A stretch of 64,000 nucleotides of DNA from Eledone cirrhosa (GCA_964016885.1 OZ024750.1:7502001-7566000), one strand, 5' to 3'. Shown: positions 14,645 to 29,549, counted from the first letter of the stretch. The notes: generated by a model not told the origin, from the sequence alone. Numbers and translations are program-made.

Positions 14645-15049
14645 ATAATAATTGTTTCTACTTTTGGCACAAGGCCAGCAATTAAATCAGTGTATTACTG
14701 GTACTTTATTTTATCGACCATCCCCGTAGGATAAAAGGCAAAGTGATTTGAACTCGACGGGATTTGAACTCAGACCGCAAAGGGCCGTAACTCTGTGCTG
14801 CAAAACATGGCGTCAGACCCTCTACCGATACTGCCAAATAATGGTTTCTTATATAGGCACAAAGCCAGTAATTTTGGGAGAGGGGAAAGTCGATTAAATC
14901 GACCCCCAGTGCGTGACTGGTACTTTATTTTATTGACCCCGTGAGGATGAAAGGGAAAGTTAACCTCGGCGGGATTTGAACTCAGATAATAAAGGGACGT
15001 AACTCTATGCTGCAACGCATGTTGTCCGACGTTCTACCGATACTGCTAA
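14645..15049 (-). mobile_element. Two tandem SINEs (14645-14837, and a longer subfamily with about 35 extra bp at 14838-15049)
   Basis: Full head with A/B boxes and core in both. Confidence 0.9.
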
Positions 15050-15605
15050 CAACAATAACAAAAACAACGACCATAATAATGATAACAATGATGATGAAGA
15101 TGATGATGATGATGATATTGATGATGATGATGATGATGATGATAATATAGATAATAATGATAACGATCATAATAACAATACATATGCACCACAGGGACAA
15201 GCCAGCCCCGAGTACAAATTATGTTAAACACACAAGTTCGACAACTCAAGTAAAATGAGAAACGTGTAGGATGTATGAAGAATGTAGTGAGAAACTGTGT
15301 GGCATATTACAAAGCTGGCATAGACATAATACAAGCGACGGCAGGATGAAAACCCAACAAAAACCATTCATAGGATGTTACTCAGAAAATACGGCGTCGA
15401 AAGAGTTAGCTTGTGGCATGAGTATAAACCAGGAGCTGTGACGTCAAATTCCCAGTTCGAACTAACTTTGATAGAAAAATTGTAATTAATTTCTTCTTTC
15501 CTAATTTTGACAAGATGTTCACTGGACATGTAGCATATCTCTCTCTTTCTCCCTCTCCACCCCCACTCTCTCTGTATATATATATATATATATATGTTTC
15601 TTTTC

Positions 15606-15682
<77 letters not shown>

Positions 15683-15881
15683 ACAGGGAGAAAGAGACGA
15701 TTATTAGGAAGAAAAATATATTTTTTTCCTTTTTTGTTTCTCTCTCTTTTTTCTGGGTTAGAAAATGATTAAAACGAAATGTTTATTACTTTGTGTGAAG
15801 TGTTAAGGTATTAGTTGATTTATTTATTATTTAACAATGGCATTTATTTATCTATTTATATATTTCCTCTCCACATTTTAT

Positions 15882-15921
<40 letters not shown>

Positions 15922-15925
<4 letters not shown>

Positions 15926-16124
15926 AAAAGGAGTCAGGACCCCGACGGCTGAGCTCCGGCCGTTTCGACAGCTGAGTTCGGATCTAGCTGTCGAAACAGC
16001 CGGAGTTCAGCCGTCGGGATCCTGACTCTTTTCCCTATTATCCACTCTACTACCCTAAGTATCGAGTACTCTGGTGAGTTATGGTCCACCTGGTATTTTA
16101 CCACACCTTCTTTGTATATATATA
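15922..16124 (+). mobile_element. Family B element: inverted arm, HHR 3' half (GAAAC-stem III-GUC) and tail to (TA)n
   Basis: Arms 15924-15973 and 15986-16034; tail contains GTATCGAGTACT (16059-16070). Confidence 0.85.
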
Positions 16125-16140
16125 TATATATATATATATA

Positions 16141-16405
16141 CAAAAGTCAGCTCAAACGTGACACAGAGGAGACTGAGGTTAGCTAGTCATACTCACCGAC
16201 ATCCAGAGTTGACATTGCACTCAGTGCTCCTGTGGGAGCCCCTACATGGACACACTGAAAGAGGAAGACCAAGGTTAACGTATGTTGATGCCCTAAGGAC
16301 AGACACTGATCTGTTGGAGACGCAGTACATGGCAGCGATAATGAGGGACAGAGACCGCTGGAGAGAACTCGTCCATGGATCTGGGGAATTTTACCCGCCC
16401 TAGAA
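16141..16405 (+). mobile_element. RTE-clade LINE 3' fragment
   Basis: QRRLRLASHTHRH...LLWEPLHGHTERGRPRLTYVDAL..D...MRDRDRWR. Confidence 0.82.
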
Positions 16406-16407
16406 TA

Positions 16408-16447
<40 letters not shown>

Positions 16448-16490
16448 AAAAGAAATTGAAAATACAACTGGTGTTTTTTAAGAATATTTA

Positions 16491-16534
16491 TTTACTTTAC
16501 CGGATTCACAGTTTTTATGATTTTCAAAAGTAAA
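16491..16534 (-). ncRNA. Decayed HHR, family C, U3-A8 core
   Basis: Minus strand: tttactt TTGAAAA tcat aaaaa ctgt GAAT ccgg TA aagtaaa; 7-bp stem I perfect, stem II and A15.1 mutated. Confidence 0.65.
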
Positions 16535-17775
16535 ATTGAGATGGAGGGTTTGTATTTCTGTTGTAGTGTGTCTTACATCTATATATCTTGATCCAATTTT
16601 ACTCATAACGATTTGGTCGCTCTAAGGCAATGGCAAAAGAATGATGTCCAACATGTCATACAGTAAGATCGAACCTTTGACTCCATAATAGCAACGAAAA
16701 CCTTTTAACTATTCAGTCCTGCCTGCGTTCCGAAGAAAAAAAAAAGTATAATTTCTTTGTTTGCTTTCATTGAATGCATTTTATTCTTGTTAGCATCAAG
16801 GTAAAAAACATTCACTTCATTATGAATTAACAGGCGACACTATAATATATATTTTATGATACTACAGAGGCCTCATCATCTACCATCCATTTCCTTTAAT
16901 GTTGGGTTTTGAATTATTCACAAGTAACCGGGCATTCTCAGTACTACCTACCATGAGAATTTCCATGGGAATTTAGCTATAAATACGAACAAATTTCGAG
17001 CGTTCGTAATTTGTTTTTTATATTATAGATTTTGTTAAGATAATATATTTGGAATATTCCAATTAAAAGGATGTACGTATTATACACTTAATGTTCCACA
17101 TGCTTGATAGATAAAATAAACTTTAGGGGATAATGCTATACTATACTACTGAATGGATTTATATATTATTTAACCACTTCTGTGTATGTAGACAAATGTA
17201 AACACCTGATCCATATACACGGCTAAATCCGCAAATGAGACCGCGAAACCGCGAGATGAGCCGAGCTGATGGATGTTATGCAACCATCTTGGCGGAAGCC
17301 TAAATTAAGATGTTTCACTACTGTAACTCGACCTACAGCTGCACTCTCTCACCTTCATAAATCCTGAAATAAATATTAATAATTGGATTGATTAATCTAT
17401 TAATTAGTCCTTAATTATATCAAATAACGAGCCCTATACTTTTCATAATGCATTATTATGAAAGAAATAGCAAATATTTTCAGATTAAACTGAAATCGTT
17501 TTTCGTCAGCCGTGAGATATCATTAATATTTATAAGATAATTACGAAAGAGATATTAATAAAAGGAAAGAAAGCCTACCAGGGAATATTCTATGAGGTAT
17601 TTCTTTTGATACGAAAAATCCTTTTAATCCTCATAACAAAAGGTTATATACCTTGTAGGAATAATCAGGATATATTTTAGTTGTGTACACACGTTCATAT
17701 ATATATATATATATATATACATACATATGCTCATATGCTCATATGTATATAATTGTATGCACACATTTCTCTCTC

Positions 17776-17907
<132 letters not shown>

Positions 17908-18149
17908 ATTTTATTAAAATATTTGTTCCATTAAAAGCTTACGTCTAAACTATTTGAATGTGAAATTTGAATAAAAACCAAGAATATATTTCTCGGCTGA
18001 GATAAGAATAAAATGAAGAAAACAGTGAATCGATTGAACTAACATTTCCACAATAATATTTAAAAGCTGAAAGGTAGATATTTAACATTTAATGATTTTT
18101 TTCCATAATTTTTTTTTTTGTAAATTATTTTTTTAAGTGTGCGTATATG

Positions 18150-18440
18150 GATCTTCGTCGGTTCCAACGATGAATGTACCAGTTATTTGATCAACGGAAC
18201 AGTTTGCTCGTGAAGTTAACGTGCAAGTGGCTAAACATTCGGCAGACACTTGTGTACTTAACGTACATTTCAGTGAGATTCATTCAATATGACAGCGGGA
18301 CCTTTCAACTACAAGCACAACTCGTTTTTTTTTTACCAATTAAACGAAATAAAGTCTCTTGCTCAAGTATGAAACGCGCTGTCGAGAACTGAATTCGCAA
18401 TCCTTAGCTGAACACTTTAATCAGTAAGCCACCGCGCCTT
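18150..18440 (-). mobile_element. Older SINE (same family as 26374-26670)
   Basis: Shared body (cacttgcacgttaacttcacgagc..ctgttccgttgatc) and tRNA-like head. Confidence 0.65.
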
Positions 18441-19264
18441 CATATTTTACAAGGCATCAATAACCAGAATCATGAACACTTTAGCTTCTAACACATTCTT
18501 TCTAAACGTGAACCCTATTTAAAGGATAATGCATAAAAATGAAGACCCCTTTTTTCAGTTAATGTCACATCTTAATTCAATGTATTAAGAAGAATTAAAC
18601 GTAAGAATAAATTCTAAATAAATATATACGGTAATTGATTAGTGTTCTATTAGCTTGTAATGTTGAGATCAGATATCAAATGTTGAGATCAGATATCAAA
18701 TCAATTTATCTGAAGAAGAACAATGAAAAGGATTTGAGAACATTTTTACTAAAATCGCTATAAAAATATGACATTTTCTGTAGGGTCCCAACAACCGATA
18801 CAGTTGCATTTGATTTTATGGCATCTTCAGATAAGGAAAGGGGGCAGCGTCCGTTACCCTTTTTTCCAGGGTCACCAATACAGGCCAAAGAACGGGGGAG
18901 AGTCTATCTTCAAAACTGGCCTAAATATTTACAACTGAATGAACACCATGAAGGACACCAAAGGACCAAGTAGATGTGTTAAACCGGGCAAAAGATTAGT
19001 TTTACCACCCAATATGGTTCCATTATTGGATATGTCATAAAACATTTTTTCAAACATATTCAATGTATTGCTTTTGTGGAGATCTGACGAATTGGCAAAT
19101 GAATTTTTTGTTTTATGTCATCAGATTAGGGCGAGATAAAATAAATATAAATGATTGATTAATTTCTATATAATTATTGATATTATATAATTAAAAAAAT
19201 GTAAACGTTTCTTAATTACGCAGTGAGAGCAAAACATAAGCACACAAAGACTCACACACACTCA

Positions 19265-19369
<105 letters not shown>

Positions 19370-20009
19370 GCGCACACACAAAGACACACACACACAGACA
19401 CACACACATATATACACAGACACACATACACACGCACAGACACACACACACACACATACTTTTAAACTCTTTCTCTCTCACATACACATACATACACACC
19501 TTTAAACAATTTCCTTCACACACACACTTAAACACCCACACACTTTTAAACTCCTTCACACACACACAAAGAACAGAACTTGTAACCCTGATATAAAAAC
19601 CAATATGTTTAATCAGATGAATACTTGTTTAGCTTTTGATGAGAATTTTGTTAGAAGAGTTTTAATTTCAATATATTGAAGAATAAATTACGTTTTCACA
19701 GTTCCTACCAATGGCGGATTTTTCACTTTGTTTTTATGATCTTCGTTTTCAAGTTATTTAGTCACCATGTTAACACATGCTTCACACAGCAGCTGACTTT
19801 ATAGAACTGCATCTATTTTCTACGTTGGTCTTTGTTAGTGTGTGTGTATGCGTGCATGTGTGTTTGTATGTGTGTGTGTGTGCGTCTGCTTCTTTCAGTC
19901 TGCCTGTCTCTCTCTCTGCTCTGTCGATCGATCTGTTTTTCTCTCTCTCTATCTCTCTCTCCTCCCTCCCTCTCCCCCCCTCTCTCTATCTCTGTATATC
20001 TTCTTCTTT

Positions 20010-20238
20010 CTTCTTAGCCCACTTATTTCTGAGAGGATCCTGGGGCAGAGTCTTCAAACACTCCTTCCACTCTAACTGATCAGGCTGGATCCCCAAGCAA
20101 GACCATCCGAGCTCATGGATGTTATCTAACCATCCTGCTCGGGGTCTACCCCTGGGTCTCTTCCCGGTTGGTTTTTGCCCTCAAAATCTATCCAGTGATT
20201 CTTTCCTGAGATATTCTAACCGCATGTCCATAGTATCT
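20010..20238 (-). mobile_element. RTE LINE 3' fragment (same family as 4775-5635)
   Basis: Reverse complement matches 5260-5625. Confidence 0.8.
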
Positions 20239-20239
20239 C

Positions 20240-20385
20240 TCTGTACATGCATTTTTCATTGTTCCTTTTATTATATCCTCTGTTTTTTTTTTTACACGCA
20301 GAAATGCCCATATGTACCGTCCTGTATTATCCTGTACTGTCCTTAATGTCTACTTTGTGTAAACCCTTGTGGTTAATAAAGAAAG

Positions 20386-20432
<47 letters not shown>
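20240..20432 (+). mobile_element. Tx1/L1-like 3'UTR fragment with (ATT)n tail
   Basis: Reverse complement of 8585-8760. Confidence 0.8.
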
Positions 20433-20433
<1 letters not shown>

Positions 20434-20837
20434 TGTCCCTCAGCAACCACTGCCCACGCCGCCCTTCAAAAAAATGTTACTTTTTTTTTTATTTTAAAGA
20501 CAAACGAGGAAAAAAGGAAAACTTAAATATTTCTAAGAATATTCCAAGAAATCACATGAAAGTCAAGCTAATTGTGAATATACATTTAAGTTATATGAGG
20601 TGCCATATAAATTCTTGTTTGCAGTTTAGTTATAAATCATTTTGATGGGAAATTGTAGATGACGGCCATATTAAATGCAAGTTACGTTGGTACTATCAAC
20701 TGCTGATTTGGTATGACATTTATATTATTCCTTACGTCGTTCAATGTTTTGTACTTGTTATTGTTGTTGTTGTTGTTACTAGAATTTTCAGATGGACGAT
20801 TTCAATAGATTCCATGACAATCACCAGGACACACACA

Positions 20838-20921
<84 letters not shown>

Positions 20922-21056
20922 CACTGACAGACACGTATGTGCACGCACACATACACACATACATACATTTCCAGATATACACATATGTACACGAACTCAG
21001 TTTCTCTCATACTCTCTTTGAAATACATAGAAATCTTTAATTTTTTAAGTATTATA

Positions 21057-21805
<749 letters not shown>

Positions 21806-22169
21806 CAAAAGAATGTAAACTAGTAAGAAAAAAAAAGAAACCTGAAATCGCACAGAGGAGTTTGTGAAATAAGTTGATAGATTTCAATACTTGGGAAACC
21901 CAACAAGGGAAAATATGAGATGAAAGTAAATAGTAAAATACTGGATTGTAACAACTACAACTAAAAGTTGACATCATCATCATCATCAGTATCATCATTC
22001 TATGATATCTGTATTTTCCATTTAGCATGGGTCGTCTTCATCAGAGTCAATTTTTATTCAGAGTTATTGCCGTCACCCCCCTAGTCCAGTTGGGTGACCT
22101 CATCATGCTCGTCCATTCCAAATTTTAGCAAGGTTTACTACAGCTGGATGCACTTATTAATACACACCG

Positions 22170-22599
22170 CTTTACAGTGTATTCTGGGTGCATTTCATTG
22201 TGGCACCAGCACTAACACTTTACAGAGTTTACTGGGTGCATTTCATTGTGGCATCAGCACTAACACTTTACAGAGTTTACTGGATGCATTTCATTGTGGC
22301 ATCAGCACTAACACTTTACATAATTTACTGGGTGCATTTTATCGTCGCACCAGCACTAAAACTTTACAGAGTTTATTGGGTGCATTTCATTGTGGCATCA
22401 GCACTAACACTTTACATAATTTACTGGGTGCATTTCATTGTGGCATCAGCACTAACACTTTACATAATTTACTGGGTGCATTTCATTGTGGCATCAGCAC
22501 TAACTCTTTACAGAGTTTACTGGGTGCATTTCATTGTGGCATCAGCACTAACTCTTTACAGAGTTTACTGGGTGCATTTCATTGTGGCATCAGCACTAC
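22170..22599. repeat. 48-bp minisatellite, about 9 copies, amplified from a SINE/RTE-derived segment
   Basis: Unit ctttacagagtttactgggtgcatttcattgtggcatcagcactaaca; upstream cagctggatgc matches the reverse complement of the 55570-55760 family. Confidence 0.9.
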
Positions 22600-22644
22600 A
22601 GTTTGTAAAAATAAAAGGATTACCACAAACAATAAATTCAACTA

Positions 22645-22860
22645 AATATTATAGTTGTGAATCATGGTCAGTGGATGATGAATGTGAGAAAAAGATGGCG
22701 GTTGCCTTTGATATGAAATATTATCGGAAGATATTTCATATTCCTCAAACAAAAGATTGAACGGATGAATGTTCAAAAAGAAATTGTTGGGAAGATTGAG
22801 AAGCACAGAACTGTCAATCAAATATTATTTGATTTGGTCGTATAACGTATAACTGCAGCT
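22645..22860 (+). mobile_element. Degenerate RTE LINE fragment
   Basis: YSCESWS...KKM..AFDMKYYRKIFHI resembles the RTE motif YGCESW..AFEMWCYRRIL. Confidence 0.65.
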
Positions 22861-22961
22861 AATGGAAGACATAGAAAAGGATTAACAGATATGATTGTAA
22901 GGAATGTGTAAGATGGGTATCGAAAACCGTGTCTTCAGCGATGTTATTATTCACTACAGCA

Positions 22962-23092
22962 GGGCGGTGGATTGGCAGTATTGGTAGAGGGTCGGACGCC
23001 ATGCTTTGCAGCATAGAGTTACGTCCCTTTATGATCTAAGTTCAAATCGTGCCGAGGTTAATTAATTTTGCCTTTCATCCTTGCGGGGTTGA
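22962..23092 (+). mobile_element. Young SINE, 3'-truncated
   Basis: A/B boxes and start of core. Confidence 0.9.
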
Positions 23093-23102
23093 TATACATG
23101 TG

Positions 23103-23140
<38 letters not shown>

Positions 23141-23142
<2 letters not shown>

Positions 23143-23323
23143 TAGAAATGGCTTTTACAAGACTGGAACTGTTTCATTTGAAGGAAATCATCAGGAAAGC
23201 CCTGATGATTTCCTTCGAACGAAACAGTTCTAGTTCTGTAGAAGCCATTTCTATATTAAATATTTATACTCTGCTATGAGTACCTTACTTACTGTGGTTA
23301 ACCCCGATTGAACCCGGGATAAA

Positions 23324-23326
<3 letters not shown>
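23141..23326. mobile_element. Family A palindromic HHR element between (TA)n arrays
   Basis: Arms 23141-23195 and 23201-23255 meet at tcatcagg-aaagc-cctgatga; unique tail to 23326; second copy at 55761-55918. Confidence 0.9.
23150..23201 (-). ncRNA. Hammerhead ribozyme, family A (mirror core on + at 23202-23246 lacks the stem I 5' strand)
   Basis: Minus strand: gggctttc CTGATGA ttt ccttc aaat GAAA cag ttccagtc ttg TA aaagcc; weak stem II. Confidence 0.7.
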
Positions 23327-23350
<24 letters not shown>

Positions 23351-23374
<24 letters not shown>

Positions 23375-25170
23375 TTAATTGTACTATTTATGGTTATGAA
23401 AATACAAAAGACTTTAGCAGTTATATGTATTTTTTATACAAACCCTAAATAGTGGTAGGCAGTAGTAATGTATTACTAGCTTATTACCAGTAAGTTAAGT
23501 AGCTCAATGTAAGAACATCAGATGATTTACAGAGCAGTTATATGAAATATAAGAATCAAAGAACTGTTCAAAACATTATTGTGCTTACAGCTGTTTCCTC
23601 CAAACCGAGGTTTGGATTCTTCGGAGCAATTTATTAATGAATGGACAGTTATATGACCTCCTTTTCAGCCAAGAGACATACCGATACATATGCAAATATT
23701 GTGGGTCAACATTCATTACAGCATTTAGAGTGGCAGTACACACTTCGAGATTACATTCATAATAAAAGGTACAATCAAAAATCAAAAATACAGGTTAAAA
23801 TGCAACATGAAGATAAGCGGTTATATAGTGCAAATGTTATATGTGTGGCAAGCACGTGCGTCTTGTTTATATAGTGTGGCAGAGAGATATGTGTGGTAGG
23901 AGCACTTAGGTAGGTAAAGAAGAGTGTTAGGTTGGTTGATCTGGTGGGAAATTCTTTATATGATTGTTATAGTCTGTGTGTGGAGAAAAGATATAAGCAT
24001 CAAAAATAGTGCAAGCATTAAAACTATTAAACGTATTGGAGATGCACAGCGAAGGGATGACAAGGACTTCATGTACTTCGACATTTTCATGCTCAGGGGA
24101 GTGTATTCCTCGATTATATGCCCCTCACATAATCCACGGCAATTCTATATTGAGCGTTTGATAATCCAGTTAGAGAATCGTAGTCCGATGTTCTTTAGTT
24201 CAATACAGGAGGCTGTTACGTTTCGCGAAACGACATTGAATACTACCCGGAAGTATGTGTGTGGCTAAGGGGAGTTAATGCATGAGGGGAGGCAACTCCG
24301 TGGTTTCTATACCTAGCTATTGAAATGTCTCAATATAGACCCTAATTTCTATGGTTATGCGCAACTTCCAAAAAATCCCTAAAGCATAAAGTGTTTTAAC
24401 TATAGAGTAGTTTATTAAGTTGTGCTGAAGGTGTTCGTATTATTATGGTGAATTAACCCCCATCCTAGGGTGCCACAAATGAATATTATAGACGATGAGC
24501 GAGGATTCTAAATTAATGATCCCTGTGGTTGTACCCTACTCATAGGATCAGGCGCGGTGATTGCAGAATCACTTCAAGACACAATGACTCTGGTAAGTTC
24601 TGGGTCATCGCTTGCTACATTGGATGTCGAAAGGTAATCATCGTCAGGGCCGGCCAGAGGTCAATCCGCAGTCCTCATGACCCCACTCTGACCATCAAAT
24701 CATCCATATATGTACAACCCGCACGGCAGTGTACAACCCGCACGGCAGTTGCAATACATTCATTCTCTGCACTCAGCGTACTGGTCCTACTGCTCAACAG
24801 CGTTACTAGATTAAATCGTTTTTCATCTGTCTACTATATAAACAAGACGCACGTGCTTGCCACACATATAACATTTGCACTATATAACCGCTTATCTTCA
24901 TGTTGCATTTTAACCTGTATTTTTGATTTTTGATTGTACCTTTTATTATGAATGTAATCTCGAAGTGTGTACTGCCACTCTAAATGCTGTAATGAATGTT
25001 GACCCACAATATTTGCATATGTATCGGTATGTCTCTTGGCTGAAAAGGAGGTCATATAACTGTCCATTCATTAATAAATTGCTCCGAAGAATCCAAACCT
25101 CGGTTTGGAGGAAACAGCTGTAAGCACAATAATGTTTTGAACAGTTCTTTGATTCTTATATTTCATATTT

Positions 25171-25172
<2 letters not shown>
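23351..25172. mobile_element. 1.8-kb unit between (TA)n arrays with apparently identical 336-bp inverted repeats (23540-23875 and 24833-25168)
   Basis: ORF track gives identical peptides on opposite strands; 957-bp spacer; extra 190-bp tail on the left only; no TSD seen. Confidence 0.8.
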
Positions 25173-25240
<68 letters not shown>

Positions 25241-26169
25241 TTGAATATATGAATACATATATTTAACATTAATACTAAGAAAGAGAGAAAAATATAGGCA
25301 AAGCGAAATAATTTGTGTACAAAATCTGAATGATTCTTTTAACGAATTGACATAGAAAGGGACCAGGTGGAGTTGGCAATGTTTTATTGGTTTAACAATA
25401 TTTCTAATAATGTCGAGGAAGCAGTCTATTGGTTTGTATTTATTCTGACAAGTTGTAGCATGTTTAGTGTTTATGTAAATCTAAGTTTTCTATGAAATGC
25501 TGCTTTTGAAACACAATTAATAAAGTTATTGCTACGGAGCACACACCCTGCATGTAAAATTAGTTGGGACATTTAAGTGTATTTATTAAAGCTGTCAAAA
25601 ATAGGAGGAATCTTAATTTATAAGAAGTAAGATGATTGTTGTTATTGTAATAGCTTTGTATATTGAACTTTATAATGGCGTTAGCGTTTGCTTATTTTTG
25701 ATATATAAATTGAAATCTGTCAAAGTGTAAGGATAGCATTTAATAGTGGGATGCAGCTTTCAGACAATCAATCATCATAGATTTTCATCGTTTATTTATG
25801 CCAAAATTAAATATGGTAATTGTGCATCCTATCTTATTGAATTAAATTTCAACCGGAAACTAAATAATATTCGTTTATTGAATCGATAATAGTGAACGTG
25901 ATTTTATAACATTAACTGTATGAGCGATTCAGAGCTTAGGTGTAACGCACAGGTCTTTCACCGTGGGATTGAACTCATCTGCACTGTACAAGGTGAGAGA
26001 TGATGCCTGGTTTTATATTAGGAATATTGACAGAGGTTGCGATATATTACCTATCAGTAAGATGACAGATTATTTCTATCATCTAAGAAATCAGAACGCA
26101 AAGAGTCAGGAGAAATACCACCAAGCATCTTTTCCGATCCTTTAACAATTCCACCAATCCACAGACCTT

Positions 26170-26310
26170 CACTTTATTGATACTTTATTTTATTGACCCC
26201 GAAAAGATAAAATTAAAGTTGACCGTGGTGAGATTAGAACTCATAATACCGAGACCTGGAGCAAATTCTACAAACTATTTAGTCGTATATTTTAACGACT
26301 CTGCCAATAC
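26170..26310 (-). mobile_element. Diverged copy of the tRNA-SINE
   Basis: tactttattttattgaccccgaaaagataaa...ctctgccaa. Confidence 0.7.
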
Positions 26311-26373
26311 TGATGATCAACATTGACATAATCTCTTACTCTGTGAGTTATGATTTACATAACCTCGTGTAGT

Positions 26374-26670
26374 GATACGGGGTTTAGTGGTTCAAATGTT
26401 CGGCTCACGGCTGCGAGTTTGATTTTTCGGCGGCGCGTTGTGTCATTAAAGAAAAAAACAAACAAACATTTTATTTAATTTTCCAGTCTATTCGACTGGC
26501 AAAATGAGTTGTTCCTACGATTCCAGCCTTGTGTCAGTCTGGATTTCTGCGAGAACTGCTTTAAAGGAACACGTGACTGTAAAATGCTCAGGCACTTGTT
26601 CGTTCATTTTTTCGAGCAGGCTGTTCTGTTGTTAGAACAACTGAAACACTCGTCATTGTAACCGACAGAG
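26374..26670 (+). mobile_element. Older SINE
   Basis: tRNA-like head; body homologous to 18150-18440. Confidence 0.65.
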
Positions 26671-27235
26671 GCTCAACATACACACACAACCCCGTTGTAT
26701 AATGTTATTATGATATTACGTTTGTCCCTCTAAATGACATCGACCAATAAACTTTCTATTATGGTCGGCCATGAATATAGCTTCCGTATTTATGTATTGA
26801 GAAAGGTAGGGAATAACGATTCACTGTTATTGAGTTCAGTTCTTCGTGCGGCCTTAGAGAAAGCAACGGGAAGTCGCTGTTATGGTGTTCTATAAAGAAA
26901 TATTGTTAACATCACAATGGCGCTGATTTTAATCGCCATCCATAGAAAGACAAGTTCTGTAATTGACAGCTAAACCTCAGTCTCTCTGTTATCGCTGAGA
27001 AACTGCTTCCTTGTCTCTATTATATACATACCTGCACAGTCGTTGTTCTTCATGTGTCCTTCCTCAAAATATCTTTATGTGTCCTTCCTCTTGTTAACGA
27101 ATGACTTGTCTTTCTACAAATTCCCGGCTTTTCACTGCTCTTGTTCCATCTTGTAAAAAAAAACTCTCCCAACGCTGGTAGTTTCTCTTTGCTAATGTTT
27201 TTCATCTTATTCTCTAATATGTATACATTTCTCTC

Positions 27236-27295
<60 letters not shown>

Positions 27296-27531
27296 TATAT
27301 GTATGTATGCATGTATGGGTATGTGTGTGTGTGTGCTTGTATGCTTATGTATGCATATATATGCATACATATGTATATATATGTATGTATGCATGTATGA
27401 GTGTGTGTGTGTGTGTATGCATGTGAGTGTGTTATTCATCTCGTAAGAAGTGCCCCAACTCTAGTAGTTTCAGAGGAAGAGACAACAGAAGCAGTGACAG
27501 TGTGAGTTTGGTTCCTTTGTGTTCGGACCTG

Positions 27532-27579
<48 letters not shown>

Positions 27580-29073
27580 TTACAGCCCCAAACTACTACC
27601 ATTGCAACCACAACTACTACAACTACCTGACTATTTACAGCTAAATGGTCCGATCAACTGAAAGATGTAGAAAGTGTCAGGATTCGAAACGTTATCATCT
27701 CGGTTGTTACTCTCGCATCTATCAACCCGATCTATGTAATGTTACTACACTACAGTAAAAAACAATAATATTTACAGTCGAGATATTTCAAAGGACAACA
27801 TAACGTTGACCAATTTTGTCGTTCGATAAAATTACCAGTTGATTTACCCTTCCCCCCTCTCTTATTTAATTCTATATTGATTTTACAGAGTGTCTGTCTT
27901 TGTACTAAATTGTTTTCAAAAAAAGATCCACTTTAATGAGTCGCTAACAGCATTGAAATGGTTTTATAAGAAAACATTTAGTACGAAGTATTTGATAGAT
28001 AAAGATAAAGACTAGACATCCTACATAAACATTTTAATTTAATGTCTGTTTCAGTTATAAGTTGTCTGTTTCAGTAATACCGGAATAATTAATTCCTTTG
28101 CGATTTTGTTTGTCTTTTAATGGTGAAAATATTCAACGCAACTTTTAATATAGCGTCGGTCAAGTTTATTAGAGCAATGAATAAATCCAGCGAAGAAAGG
28201 TCAACTCATTGCGCTGGCTAACACAAAAAGGAGGTGGTCAATGCCAACATAAGATAAAAGCTTTAGACAATAACGGTCCACTGAACTGGTAGACTCTTAT
28301 TGAACTATCTTAACGAGTTTATATATAATGTCAATGTCATTTCATCAAATTATTTTGTACTAGTCTTTTAAGGCCTTAAATGTGTGTATATATGTATCTA
28401 TATGTACGTATCCATGTGTGTGTATATCTATGTTTGGATGTATATATTGATGTATTTAAATATGTATAAGAATATATGTAGTGTAAAGGTTAATTCCTCT
28501 GTTTTTCTTTCTGCCTCTCTCTCAGCCCAATACTCTTGCTGAAACAAAGTGTTTTGCTGAAGGACACAATATAATGCCGAGAATCTATGTCAAAACCTTA
28601 AGATCGTAAGCTGAACATCTTAACCACTAACTCATGCACTTTCACTAAACTGTTTACTGATGTATCCATTAAACCAGAGAGTTAGAGTCTTGTTCAGGTA
28701 AGTGTCACTTATGTAATTACGTCAGAGCATTCATTTGTCTCGACAGAAAACGGATTCAAATAGCACCCCCGCCCCCACTGTACAGAAAATATATAGGCAA
28801 AGAATTGTATATTATACACATACATCCATCCATACACACATATATATATATACACACATACATACATAGATGTACATATTTTGATGGATGACCAGAAAGA
28901 TACATACATACGTACAAACATACAAATATACATACATACATAAATATATACACACACACACAGACGCACACACACACACACAGAGGCACATACACACAGA
29001 TGCACACACACAGAGGCACACACAGACACACACACAGAGGCACACACACATACAGAGGCACACATACACAGAT

Positions 29074-29141
<68 letters not shown>

Positions 29142-29497
29142 GCACACACACACACACACACACACATACACAGAGGCACACACATACACACACACACAGA
29201 GGCACACACACCTTACACACACACAGAGCCACACACACCCAGAGACGCACACAGATATATAGTGGTAGGCGGTCAGAAAGATTGATGATATTTCAGTAAG
29301 TAATGAGGTTATGTCTTCTCAATTGTCAAAGAAGGTAATTTTCCCAATATTTTCATGTAGGGAGAAATTCCTGATAATACTTTTACGAAAACACATTAGC
29401 TACATGTTGTTCGCTATATCCACCCACGTGGCTTTCTTTATCTTTCGTTTTTCTACCCAATATAAGCTCAAACATACACACAAATACACACACACGC

Positions 29498-29549
<52 letters not shown>

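Noticed and set aside
17305-17363. Possible minus-strand terminal exon FMKVRECSCR (TGF-beta-like M.V..C.C) after tttcag
   Set aside because: No upstream exons found and the context looks like a dispersed repeat
19081-19122. CTGACGA att/aat GAAT ... GTC
   Set aside because: GAAA mutated and no stem III pairing
24690-24710. YMDDLMV (RT-like YxDD) on the minus strand, and CYIG (GIY-YIG-like) in ORF 24529-24933
   Set aside because: No surrounding RT or endonuclease motifs and a stop follows closely; likely chance, though a BLASTX would settle it
23540-25168. DNA transposon or foldback element with 336-bp TIRs
   Set aside because: No TSD or transposase, and the one-sided tail fits the asymmetric palindrome class better; not fully excluded
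27034-27214. Candidate exon with cag/gtatgt donor
   Set aside because: Stops in all three frames
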